In this document: piece by piece, positions 9,656 through 18,995 of the stretch
Layout: every line of letters begins with the position of its first letter
How positions within the stretch are numbered: the first letter of the stretch is position 1
IMG/VR virus record: IMGVR_UViG_3300031669_005479
Location: 64,001-128,000 of that record
From: a virus
Taxonomy: Duplodnaviria; Caudoviricetes
DNA: 64,000 nucleotides
Direction: 5' to 3' (one strand)
Position numbers and translations under genes: made by a program
Notes under the pieces: generated by a model
What the model was told of the DNA's origin: nothing
What the model saw: only the letters and a program-made list of their open reading frames with translations
The model's database searches: none

Positions 9656-11164
9656 TTATTTTAGTAGTATTACATCAGGTGATGGGTTAAATATGAAATT
9701 GTGTGAACTTACTGCAGTTCCTATTGATTGGACATACTGTCCTGCTGTGGTTGGTCTAGTAGTAGTGGGTAACCCAGTTGTTCCTAAGTACACTGGCGCG
9801 CCCACTGTAAGGGTAACTGAGTTATAGCTATTACCTCCAAAAAGTAGAAATGAACCAGATGCGCCACTTCCAACACTACTTGTAGAATTATTAACTCCAA
9901 CTACTCTTGCTTTTGCAGCAGTATCTGCTCTCGCAATACCAACAGTTCCAGATGTTGTAACATAAATTAATGAACCAGCAGTAATTGTTTCTGCTGCCGT
10001 AAAGGTAGCATAAATTCCTTTAGAAGAATTACTATAGGAGGAAATTGTCGTAAGATCAAATACTGAGGTAATATCTTGTGTTCCTTTATAATAATTATTA
10101 GCAGTTAAGTTATTAGCAGCCCAATCAACAGTTGATAAGTTGCTATTACCAGAATGCCATAATTTATAACCTGTTCCTGCTAAATACCGATAAGTTAATG
10201 TTCCTGCTATTCCAGCATCATAAATTCTATGACGTTCAGTTCCATCCCCATCTCTGAATACTATATCACCACTATCTGTACTACCCGAAGCAGCCTGTAA
10301 ACTAAGATCACCACCATTTTGAACACTTATACTACTAGCAGCCCAAGGAACAGTTGGTAGGTTACTATTGGTTGGGTTGTAGTAATAACTACCATCTTGA
10401 CCATCTAATTTATCAGCATCCAAACCCGATCCTGCACCATCGTTACCTGCACTCCATAATAATCCACCATTGGCATATATACTACCAGAAGATGAATACA
10501 TTCTGCTGTCATAATCAGTTGTTGCTGCGTTTGTTTCGTGAAAATCTAGGTATTTACCGACCTCCATAACACCGTCAGGCCCAATATAAGTTATACCATC
10601 CCAATTTGAACCAGTTGAAACAGTTCCGTGTCCTCTTAACGTATCAGCATCCAAACCACTGCCTACACCATCATTATTCTCATTCCATATTTTATATCCA
10701 TTATACTTGGGAGTAGTTCCATCATCTGAGAATAAGCTATTCCCTATTGCAGAAGTTCCAGTAAATTTTGGGAGATTATTGGCAGTTCCAGTACCAGAAA
10801 TTCCACCAGATACACTTGCATTAATTGCAATATAACTACCATTGCATGTTAGCGTAATATTTGTCCCACCACTTAAAGTCTTAAGCTGTATACTATTGTT
10901 ATTTAAACCAGTATATATTGTTCCATTTCCAGTTCCTAAATTCGTTGCACCACTAACGCTAATAATAGGTGTTTGCCAACTACCAACACCGTTGGCATCT
11001 GAAGTAAAAACCTTACCCAATCCTTTATTATCAACTATTGATATTGTACCACCATTTTCAATGATATATTTGCCATATACTTCAGTACAGCCAGATAGTT
11101 TTAAAACATCAGCAATGCTTTGCTCAAATTTGTCGCTATTTAAATTAGGTTTAGTATCAATCAC
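9656..11164 (-). CDS. Tail fibre-like protein with a C-terminal capsid-cement (DUF2190-like) domain
   Basis: Two SGLDAD.L.G repeats, DGVMEVGKYLDFH fibre module, C-terminal AAETITAGSLIY...VVGV; GTG start. Confidence 0.7.
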   Translation of the reverse strand: MIDTKPNLNSDKFEQSIADVLKLSGCTEVYGKYIIENGGTISIVDNKGLGKVFTSDANGVGSWQTPIISVSGATNLGTGNGTIYTGLNNNSIQLKTLSGGTNITLTCNGSYIAINASVSGGISGTGTANNLPKFTGTSAIGNSLFSDDGTTPKYNGYKIWNENNDGVGSGLDADTLRGHGTVSTGSNWDGITYIGPDGVMEVGKYLDFHETNAATTDYDSRMYSSSGSIYANGGLLWSAGNDGAGSGLDADKLDGQDGSYYYNPTNSNLPTVPWAASSISVQNGGDLSLQAASGSTDSGDIVFRDGDGTERHRIYDAGIAGTLTYRYLAGTGYKLWHSGNSNLSTVDWAANNLTANNYYKGTQDITSVFDLTTISSYSNSSKGIYATFTAAETITAGSLIYVTTSGTVGIARADTAAKARVVGVNNSTSSVGSGASGSFLLFGGNSYNSVTLTVGAPVYLGTTGLPTTTRPTTAGQYVQSIGTAVSSHNFIFNPSPDVILLK

Positions 11165-11213
11165 AACATGAATATTTTCATAATATATTATTTAGGTGTA
11201 TTATTATTACTAC

Positions 11214-12107
11214 TTACTGTAATACATTCCAACTATATGTAAATATACCATAAGTATATTTCCAATCCATGCTCACAATCGAACCTGCTGCAATATCTGT
11301 GGCAGCAACATTAGTATAGTACTTATTTATTGTTTCATAATTTGATGGAAATGATATATTACTATCTGAAAATGTAATAATACTTGTACTAGCATTATTT
11401 AATATAACATTTCCATACATGCCATCGCCTAATTCAGAAATCAGTAAATTAAATGTATTACTAATTAAATCGCCATTATTGAAAACTTTCGTATAATTTT
11501 TACTAATTGGGCAATTAATAATCAAAACACTACCACCAAAATCAGTTAAATTTGCATCATAGTATCTATAATATTCCCTACTCATATTAGTTTTATATAT
11601 ACTACTCGTACCAGTAAGATAGTATGATGTTATTGTTAACTCACAAGTATCGTAAGTTCCAACAACAACAATACCTGGATACAATATCGTATTATAACTA
11701 GGCAATTCAACATTTGAAATAACAAAATCTTTACTTTGAGATATAAGATATATCTTATATCCAGAATCGCTATTTGACTGGCCAACAATTCTAATTCTAG
11801 TCATGGTAGATTCACTACTACCACTAGTGATTGGTGGTAATGCAATCGCATAATCATTACTTGCACTAATATTTATTGTATTTCCAATATCATTAGGTGA
11901 TAATACATATGTTGGTATAATAGCATAATTACCAACTCCAAGTGTAATTCCCATACCATTTGATAAAAATAGTTGATTACTGCTATTTCCAGTTATAAAT
12001 GATGCACGGTATTTATAGTATCCATCATACATTATAACAGTTCTATTTTTATGTTCATCTGTAGTCCAAGTCTGAGTTGTATCTGTATAATTAACAGGTA
12101 TTGCCAT
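11214..12107 (-). CDS. Putative fibre-associated structural protein
   Basis: TDTTQTWTTDEH..RTV N-terminus; Ser/Thr/Asn-rich; position in the fibre cluster. Confidence 0.5.
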   Translation of the reverse strand: MAIPVNYTDTTQTWTTDEHKNRTVIMYDGYYKYRASFITGNSSNQLFLSNGMGITLGVGNYAIIPTYVLSPNDIGNTINISASNDYAIALPPITSGSSESTMTRIRIVGQSNSDSGYKIYLISQSKDFVISNVELPSYNTILYPGIVVVGTYDTCELTITSYYLTGTSSIYKTNMSREYYRYYDANLTDFGGSVLIINCPISKNYTKVFNNGDLISNTFNLLISELGDGMYGNVILNNASTSIITFSDSNISFPSNYETINKYYTNVAATDIAAGSIVSMDWKYTYGIFTYSWNVLQ

Positions 12108-12134
12108 TTTTTTATATTTTATTGTTTAATATTA

Positions 12135-14219
12135 TTATGATGTAAATGTTGATTTAACGTAATACGATGCGCTGCTAGCTAAATTTATTGGCATACTAGA
12201 TACACTAGCATTAATTGTAATGTAACTACCATTGCATGTTAGTGTAACATTTGTTCCACCACTTAATGTTTTAAATTGTATACTATTGTTACTTATACCA
12301 GTATATATCGTTCCATTTCCAGTCCCTAAATTTGTTGCACCAGTAATTCCACCACCAGATGCTGTAGCATATGTTAATTCGTGTGTAGCATTATCATAAA
12401 ACACCGCATTTGATTTGCTTGCATTGGTTAATCCAGAAATATATGTTTTCCCCCTTATGCAAAGTTTTTCATTATCAAACTCACCGTAAATCAACGATTT
12501 GTTTGGGTAATTTGCAACATATAGTTTATTTGAACCCATTTCATTATATCCAGAACCATTACCAATTGCAACATTATTTGTACCACCAGTATTACTGAAT
12601 AATGCAGTAAAACCAATAGCAATATTATTATTTCCAGTTGTATTATAGTATAGTGCTTGATATCCATTAGCAATATTAAAACATCCAGAAGTATTGTTAT
12701 ATAGTACGCTCGTCCCATTAGCAATATTATTATTTCCAGTTGTATTATAGTATAGTGCTTGATACCCATTAACAATATTATAACTTCCAGAAGTATTGTT
12801 ATATAGTACGCTCGTCCCATTAGCAATATTATAACTTCCAGTTGTATTGCAGTTTAGTGCACTAAACCCATTAGCAATATTATTATTTCCAGTTGTATTA
12901 TAGTATAGTGCTTGATATCCATTAGCAATATTAAAACATCCAGAAGTATTGTTATATAGTACGCTCGTCCCATTAGCAATATTATAATATCCAGTTGTAT
13001 TACTGAATAATGCCCTAGTCCCATTAGCAATATTATTATTTCCAGTTGTATTATAGTATAGTGCTTGACATCCATTAGCAATATTATAACATCCAGAAGT
13101 ATTGTTATATAGTACGCTCGTCCCATTAGCAATATTATTATTTCCAGTTGTATTATAGTATAGTGCTTGATATCCATTAGCAATATTATAACATCCAGAA
13201 GTATTACTGTTTAGTGCTAGATATCCCAAACCAATGTTATTGTAACCACAAGTTGTTTTAGCGAGTGCTTGGTATCCCAAACCAATGTTATAGTAACCAC
13301 TTATCAGACCACATCCAATTGCACATTGACCAATAGCAATATTATGCCCATCACTACTATTACTAAAATATAGTGCTCGATATCCCAATGCAATATTATT
13401 ACTACTTGTTGTAATCGATTTACCTGCATCGCATCCAAACAAAATATTATCAGTTGCAGTTGTTAATCCAGTTGGAATATTTTTACAGGTATATACAACA
13501 TCATTCGGCGTAACCACAACCGAACCGCTAGTATCCGCATTAATTGTAATATAGTTACCATTACATGTTAGATTAATATTAGTTCCACCACTCAATGTTT
13601 TTAGTTGAATATTGCAATTACTCAAACCAGTATATATTGCCCCACTTCCCGTTCCTAAGTTTGTTACACCAGTAACTGTGATAGTTGGTGTTGGCGTTAA
13701 TTCAATTGCACCATTAATCGAATTTCTACAAAGCAATTTGCCACTACCCGTTGGTGTATTTAGTATTGCCAAACTAGGAACTATGACCGAATTACAATAC
13801 GTATTTGCACCAATTTCAACACCATTTAGACCAACAATTGTTGCATTTGTGTTTCCACTAAAAATTATATTATTATATCCACCAATAATATTAGCACCGC
13901 ATGAACAACTAGTATTACCACAACCAATTGTAACGCTATTGGTACATAGTGCGACTGCACCATTACCAATACTTATTGATGAATTACCACAACTAAATGA
14001 ATTTGAACCAATTTGTAGTGTTTTTTCTGTGTGACCTGCATTAAAAATTGTTTCACCACAAATTCGATATCCACTATTTGAATCAATTTCACCGTGAATT
14101 CCACAAATAACTGTACAACCACCTAAATGCAACACATCTGTACATCCCGTTTGATTGTATGTTTGTATAAATTGTTCATCCCTTAAATGTGGTCTATTAC
14201 TATATTTCCAATTTTCCAT
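12135..14219 (-). CDS. Fibre/adhesin protein with a 17-aa beta-roll repeat tract
   Basis: About 17 NIANG..AL..NT[TS]G repeats; two GATNLGTG modules. Confidence 0.8.
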   Translation of the reverse strand: MENWKYSNRPHLRDEQFIQTYNQTGCTDVLHLGGCTVICGIHGEIDSNSGYRICGETIFNAGHTEKTLQIGSNSFSCGNSSISIGNGAVALCTNSVTIGCGNTSCSCGANIIGGYNNIIFSGNTNATIVGLNGVEIGANTYCNSVIVPSLAILNTPTGSGKLLCRNSINGAIELTPTPTITVTGVTNLGTGSGAIYTGLSNCNIQLKTLSGGTNINLTCNGNYITINADTSGSVVVTPNDVVYTCKNIPTGLTTATDNILFGCDAGKSITTSSNNIALGYRALYFSNSSDGHNIAIGQCAIGCGLISGYYNIGLGYQALAKTTCGYNNIGLGYLALNSNTSGCYNIANGYQALYYNTTGNNNIANGTSVLYNNTSGCYNIANGCQALYYNTTGNNNIANGTRALFSNTTGYYNIANGTSVLYNNTSGCFNIANGYQALYYNTTGNNNIANGFSALNCNTTGSYNIANGTSVLYNNTSGSYNIVNGYQALYYNTTGNNNIANGTSVLYNNTSGCFNIANGYQALYYNTTGNNNIAIGFTALFSNTGGTNNVAIGNGSGYNEMGSNKLYVANYPNKSLIYGEFDNEKLCIRGKTYISGLTNASKSNAVFYDNATHELTYATASGGGITGATNLGTGNGTIYTGISNNSIQFKTLSGGTNVTLTCNGSYITINASVSSMPINLASSASYYVKSTFTS
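12550..13397. repeat. 51-bp coding tandem repeat (17 aa), partly alternating A/B units
   Basis: Near-identical CCATTAGCAATATTAT... units; A = NIANGYQALYYNTTGNN, B = NIANGTSVLYNNTSGC[YF]. Confidence 0.9.
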
Positions 14220-14240
14220 TACTAATGTTTTTTCATAATA

Positions 14241-14248
14241 ATAAATAC
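14241..14248 (-). promoter_or_regulatory. GTATTTAT putative late promoter
   Basis: 21 nt upstream of ATG 14219. Confidence 0.7.
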
Positions 14249-14269
14249 TATAAAATTTAAGTTAAAATA

Positions 14270-14299
14270 AAAAACCTTGTCATATTCGACAAGGTTTTT
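14270..14299. terminator. Intrinsic terminator (bidirectional form)
   Basis: AAAAACCTTGTC-atattc-GACAAGGTTTTT. Confidence 0.8.
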
Positions 14300-14320
14300 A
14301 ACTAACAATTAAATAATGGC

Positions 14321-15232
14321 CTATTTTTGTTTATTTACTGCTTCAATTATCTTATTTATATCAAAAACATTCACAGTATCATAAGGAAAGGCTTGTATTT
14401 GCCCATCAATTGTAAATTTATCTAAATATGAAAATTTATTTAACTCTCTCACATACTCTGCATTTGGTGTAATATTTATGTGTTCTGGATAACCAAAAAC
14501 TTCTGGTTTATTACCTATCCAAACAACGGTGCTCTGCAAATTCAATGCTGCTGCAACATGCTGTGCAAACGAATCTATAAATAATCTTTTACTACTTAAA
14601 GGAAAAACTGCATACAGTTCTCTAAATGGAAGTGTCAACGCCTCAACGCCTTGCAATACAGGTTGTTCTGGTGATTTTATATGCAATATTCTATAGGACT
14701 TGCTGTAGTAATTTACGAGTTCTTGTGCTATTTCAATTGGCATATCTCTAAACCAAGATTTCTTGCTATATTGTGTATTTGGACTTCCACCATGTGTTTG
14801 CAATAACATTATTGGCTTACCATCTGGTTTAATTTTATCTCTTGCTATTTCTAATTCACGTGGATTTATATATATTTTTGGTTTATACCCATCGTATGGA
14901 ATGTTATACATATCGCACCAAGACTGCGTAAGATGTTTTCTTTGTAAAATATGATCTTCTGTATGATATACTTCCTGACGAAAAATTTTAGTGTTTTCAT
15001 TAATATAGTCATCATAAAAGTATTGCATCTGCCCAAAAGTATAAAAACGCCAAACATCTGGGTTATAAAAAAATGGCCCATCCCATGCAGTCACAACAAT
15101 TAATTTATATTCTGGATATGCTTTTTTTATTGCACGACATACTGCTGTCGCTGAAACTTGCTTACCATGTCCTCCTTCTGAATGAAAAATTACAAATTTA
15201 TCATTAGGATTTATTGATTTATCGTTTTCCAT
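14321..15232 (-). CDS. GT-B fold glycosyltransferase (GT9/heptosyltransferase-like)
   Basis: EGGHGKQV start, WDGPFFYNPDV, LFIDSFAQHVAAAL...STVVW...P.VFGY pattern. Confidence 0.75.
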   Translation of the reverse strand: MENDKSINPNDKFVIFHSEGGHGKQVSATAVCRAIKKAYPEYKLIVVTAWDGPFFYNPDVWRFYTFGQMQYFYDDYINENTKIFRQEVYHTEDHILQRKHLTQSWCDMYNIPYDGYKPKIYINPRELEIARDKIKPDGKPIMLLQTHGGSPNTQYSKKSWFRDMPIEIAQELVNYYSKSYRILHIKSPEQPVLQGVEALTLPFRELYAVFPLSSKRLFIDSFAQHVAAALNLQSTVVWIGNKPEVFGYPEHINITPNAEYVRELNKFSYLDKFTIDGQIQAFPYDTVNVFDINKIIEAVNKQK

Positions 15233-15275
15233 ATGTTTGTTAACTAAAAATAATTATAATTTTTTATATTTTTTT

Positions 15276-15283
15276 ATAAATAC
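15276..15283 (-). promoter_or_regulatory. GTATTTAT putative late promoter
   Basis: 43 nt upstream of ATG 15232. Confidence 0.65.
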
Positions 15284-15365
15284 GAAGATAATCATGAAAA
15301 TTCAAATAAATTGAAAAAAAATGAAAAATTTTTAGATTACATTTTTTATTAATGTTTACTTACTA

Positions 15366-17864
15366 TTAGTTAACAAATGCTAAAGTAAACCATTTATCTA
15401 ATTGTGAATTATATACAAATTCTAATGCACCATAATCGGTATTAATTGTTGCACTACTACCACTATCAATTTGTTTACCATTACCACTAATTGTAATATT
15501 ATTGGTTAGTGCATCACCACCAGCATCTTTTATTTTATATGCTTGACCATCAACTGGATTACTTGGTAATGTAATTGTGAATGTTCCACCACTACTATTT
15601 GCAAGAATAACATAGTGGGTGTTATCTAATGTAATATTACTAGTAACTAATGTAGTTATATATTTGTTTGTCTTAATGTTACTCGTAACGCCTGTTACAT
15701 AATTAACATCAACCAATGAATGAAGTGCAAATGTCGTGCTATAATTGGTGGCATATTCAATTCCTTTACCAGAATTACCATCACTAAATATTGCACCCGA
15801 ACTACCTAATGCAAGTGAATATGACTCGCTTCTAACAGTAGTCGATGAAGCAGTAAGGTTGGTTCCAAATATTGACGTATTGGTAGCACCTGTAATTTTG
15901 ATAAATCCATCTGTTGAAAAATTATGTCCACATAAGTTAATGGCCGTATCGCCAGTAAAATTACCACCAAGCACAATTGTTCCACTACAATTAGTTAAGC
16001 CATTTCCAGCAGAAATGGTAGATAATGCACCAATAACGTATTCTTTATCAACCAATGATCTATTTGTATAATTTGCACAATAATTACACTGATAGGTTAT
16101 ACCAGCAAAAGTATTTACTGAATTGCATTGAGCACCAATTAGCATCGAATCTTTTGTCATTGCAACATCGAATACATATGAATTACAATTGTCCAGAATA
16201 GAAAAATTAATACACGTTGGTGATATCACAACTGTACTATTTTCACACGTTGATGAATTGCATGTGTTTGAAATAATACTTGAACCATTTATTACTGAAT
16301 AGCAATTTCCAGAAGCATTAATGACTGTATTACCAGTTAAATTGCCACCAAGACTAATCATGCATCCAGATTTGGTTAATCCATTATTTGCAAGTGAGCA
16401 CGAAAAATCACTACTATCAACATATAGTATATTTGTACCACCACTATCAATTCTAACGGGAATTTCTAAACCAACTGAAGAGCCAACCGTTGCTCTAACA
16501 TCAACCTTACCAGTAGTAACGCTACACGTTAAACCTATACGAAATATGTTATAATCAATTTCAAGTGAAGATGAATCAAAACATAGACCAGGATTACTAT
16601 TTGATAATTTAACCGCAACATTTCTATTTGTACCAATTGATGTTACACAAATACCATTGCCTTGCGTAATACCAAATTGCTGGGCAAATATTGAATATGT
16701 TAGTGTATCGCCACTAGTTATCGGATTTGGTGTAACTAAAATCCATTGACTATTAGCGTTTGTATTACCACTACTTACTGGAATAATATCACCATTCGAA
16801 ATTTCACCTAATGGTGAATAGTTATAGTCTTCAGTTCGAACCCAATTGCCAGTGCTTGCAGAATAAATTCCATTTAATGCACCATTAGTTTGTGATTTAA
16901 CTAAGATTCTATTATTTGTTGAAATAATATCAACAACATTAATACCATCAATTGTTCCACTATTGCCACTTAATGTAACATTTGTAGTTGTTGCTGCAGC
17001 AACTGCTGCATGAACATTTAGTCCAGATGCAACGCTGTCAACGTAGTATTTATCAACAAGTGAATGTTCACAATAGGTATTACTATAATCTGTAGCATAT
17101 ACTAAGCCATGTGGACAGGCAGTATTATCGGTAACCAGCATTGCTGGTATACCATTATAGTCAATTGCTATAATAGCAGCATTTGTTGTATCATTACTTG
17201 AGGCAACACTACCACTCTGTGATTTTAAATAAATCGCACCATTAGATTTAGCATTTAATGCAATATCTGTATTATTTGCACTACTTAGACAAATGCCATT
17301 TAAATCACCCAAAGTTAATAATTGTGTGCCTGAAATAGTTGTTGGCGTAATTAATGTTCCACCTAAACATATTTTTTGACTAGTATTGCCCAATCCATTT
17401 GTTGCACCTGTGATTATAATGCTTAATATTTGACCAGTTTTTCCCGTCACGTATGCTGCATCAACAAGACTACGTAAATTATAACCACCACTGTAATCGC
17501 CACCATACTGTAAACCAAGCGTATTTCCAGCACCACGACCATCAATAAAAACCGTAGAACCAGTTATGGTTCCACCTAGTTTTACTGCTGTGCCTACTTT
17601 AGTCAAGCCATTATACGCTGAAGTAATGCCAGTATTTGCCAAACCACTATCTTTAATGACCAAGCCACTATCAGTAACGTTTAAATGCCACCAATAATCA
17701 ATATTGGCAATATTAATTGTTAAACCAATATATCTTAACGCTTGTGGTATTGCAGCAATTGCCTCTGCAATATCAGTATATGGTTGATTACTAGAATTCA
17801 AATATTTAATATCAACTGGTTTACCAGCATTGATTTTTAAACCATCGTTTAGTATAATTGCCAT
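15366..17864 (-). CDS. Modular fibre/decoration protein
   Basis: Four G..Y..[DN]Y.....SLVD..YV neck motifs, GATNG repeats, N-domain shared with 21338..23614. Confidence 0.75.
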   Translation of the reverse strand: MAIILNDGLKINAGKPVDIKYLNSSNQPYTDIAEAIAAIPQALRYIGLTINIANIDYWWHLNVTDSGLVIKDSGLANTGITSAYNGLTKVGTAVKLGGTITGSTVFIDGRGAGNTLGLQYGGDYSGGYNLRSLVDAAYVTGKTGQILSIIITGATNGLGNTSQKICLGGTLITPTTISGTQLLTLGDLNGICLSSANNTDIALNAKSNGAIYLKSQSGSVASSNDTTNAAIIAIDYNGIPAMLVTDNTACPHGLVYATDYSNTYCEHSLVDKYYVDSVASGLNVHAAVAAATTTNVTLSGNSGTIDGINVVDIISTNNRILVKSQTNGALNGIYSASTGNWVRTEDYNYSPLGEISNGDIIPVSSGNTNANSQWILVTPNPITSGDTLTYSIFAQQFGITQGNGICVTSIGTNRNVAVKLSNSNPGLCFDSSSLEIDYNIFRIGLTCSVTTGKVDVRATVGSSVGLEIPVRIDSGGTNILYVDSSDFSCSLANNGLTKSGCMISLGGNLTGNTVINASGNCYSVINGSSIISNTCNSSTCENSTVVISPTCINFSILDNCNSYVFDVAMTKDSMLIGAQCNSVNTFAGITYQCNYCANYTNRSLVDKEYVIGALSTISAGNGLTNCSGTIVLGGNFTGDTAINLCGHNFSTDGFIKITGATNTSIFGTNLTASSTTVRSESYSLALGSSGAIFSDGNSGKGIEYATNYSTTFALHSLVDVNYVTGVTSNIKTNKYITTLVTSNITLDNTHYVILANSSGGTFTITLPSNPVDGQAYKIKDAGGDALTNNITISGNGKQIDSGSSATINTDYGALEFVYNSQLDKWFTLAFVN

Positions 17865-17902
17865 TATTCGTTGTTTATATAATTAAACTTTCATGTATAA
17901 CA

Positions 17903-18967
17903 CTAACTTATTGACATTGTTGATGTTACACTTGATTGATAATTACTAATATATAATTTATAACTTTGTCCTGACCACAATCCATTGGCAACGCCATTTA
18001 CAGTATCGGGTGCTGGAAATAGATTACCCGCAGCAGATACTACACCACCGATTATACCATTATTAAGTGCACTCACATACCATGTAGTTTTTGTCGCATA
18101 TGCAATAGGAACTGCAAACCAAATATAATCACTATCACCGCTATTAAAATTAATATTTAATATACCATTGCCACTAGCAACAACTTTAGTACCACCTGTT
18201 ATTAGTGCAGCAGTACTAGCTGGACGACCCGTACCAGATGCACCAGTAACTGTTAAATTTCCCCAATAATATGGATAAATACCAGTTATTGAGGCATTAG
18301 CAAAACCAGTATTTCCAGAAGTCAATGGATTTGGAGATACTGTACTATTACCACCAGCACTATCCTTGACAACTGGACCAGCACTATAGTATACACACGA
18401 ACTCCACGCATTTGAACCTTCAATAACAATATAGTTTGATGCAATTTCAATATCAACAAGTGCACCACAAATATGATTTCCTGCAACACCTGTACCAACA
18501 AAACAATGACTTACAGCACAACCACTTCTATATGGAGTTGCACTACTATATTGTGGAGTAATTGAGCCCATATTAAATGATGAGCATACCTGAAATGTAT
18601 TACTACTGCCAACTTCCTTATTTCCAGAAATAGATAATGATAAGCTATTTGATGGCTCAACAACAACTGGCTGCAATGTTGGAACTAAAATATCTCTCAA
18701 TATTTCATTTGAAGTCTTACCAGTTAACTGTGTTCCAGCACAAATTCCACCAACTGTTACTGACGCAGGTGTTGCTAGATTATAAACAATGCCATCAGTA
18801 ATACCACTCACAACCAACACATCCACATACTTTTTATCAACAAGCTGTGTATCTCCAGTAAAATTTGGATGTATTGCATATTTAGTATTACCACTTAATG
18901 TCAAAGTAGTTCCAGCACGTTGCTCAACGTGCTGGTCATCAATTTTAATTTTAGTATTAAATGCCAT
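17903..18967 (-). CDS. Modular structural protein, paralog of 23627..24733
   Basis: Shared GIYPY.[WY]G...LLTGGTK...Y[IV]W[FL]A[VI]P...Y..YISNYQ C-domain. Confidence 0.7.
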   Translation of the reverse strand: MAFNTKIKIDDQHVEQRAGTTLTLSGNTKYAIHPNFTGDTQLVDKKYVDVLVVSGITDGIVYNLATPASVTVGGICAGTQLTGKTSNEILRDILVPTLQPVVVEPSNSLSLSISGNKEVGSSNTFQVCSSFNMGSITPQYSSATPYRSGCAVSHCFVGTGVAGNHICGALVDIEIASNYIVIEGSNAWSSCVYYSAGPVVKDSAGGNSTVSPNPLTSGNTGFANASITGIYPYYWGNLTVTGASGTGRPASTAALITGGTKVVASGNGILNINFNSGDSDYIWFAVPIAYATKTTWYVSALNNGIIGGVVSAAGNLFPAPDTVNGVANGLWSGQSYKLYISNYQSSVTSTMSIS

Positions 18968-18995
18968 TATTTTTTAATTAAAATTCATATGCTCA

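Noticed and set aside
11161-11181. Six-codon mini-ORF (MKIFML) whose TGA overlaps the GTG start of 9656..11164
   Set aside because: It could be translational coupling or hide a sequencing indel, but cannot be told from chance in AT-rich DNA without homologs.
12550-13397. Regular repeats as a CRISPR array
   Set aside because: Units are contiguous in-frame coding repeats with no unique spacers.
10812-13672. Three similar ~140 bp segments as a possible DGR template/variable repeat pair
   Set aside because: Differences in the two copies I compared are mostly third-position and not adenine-specific, all copies lie inside CDSs, and no reverse transcriptase is in the window.
18274-18281. Additional GTATTTAT match near 18.27 kb
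   Set aside because: It lies inside a CDS (Gly-Ile-Tyr codons), far from any start, so it was not counted as a promoter.
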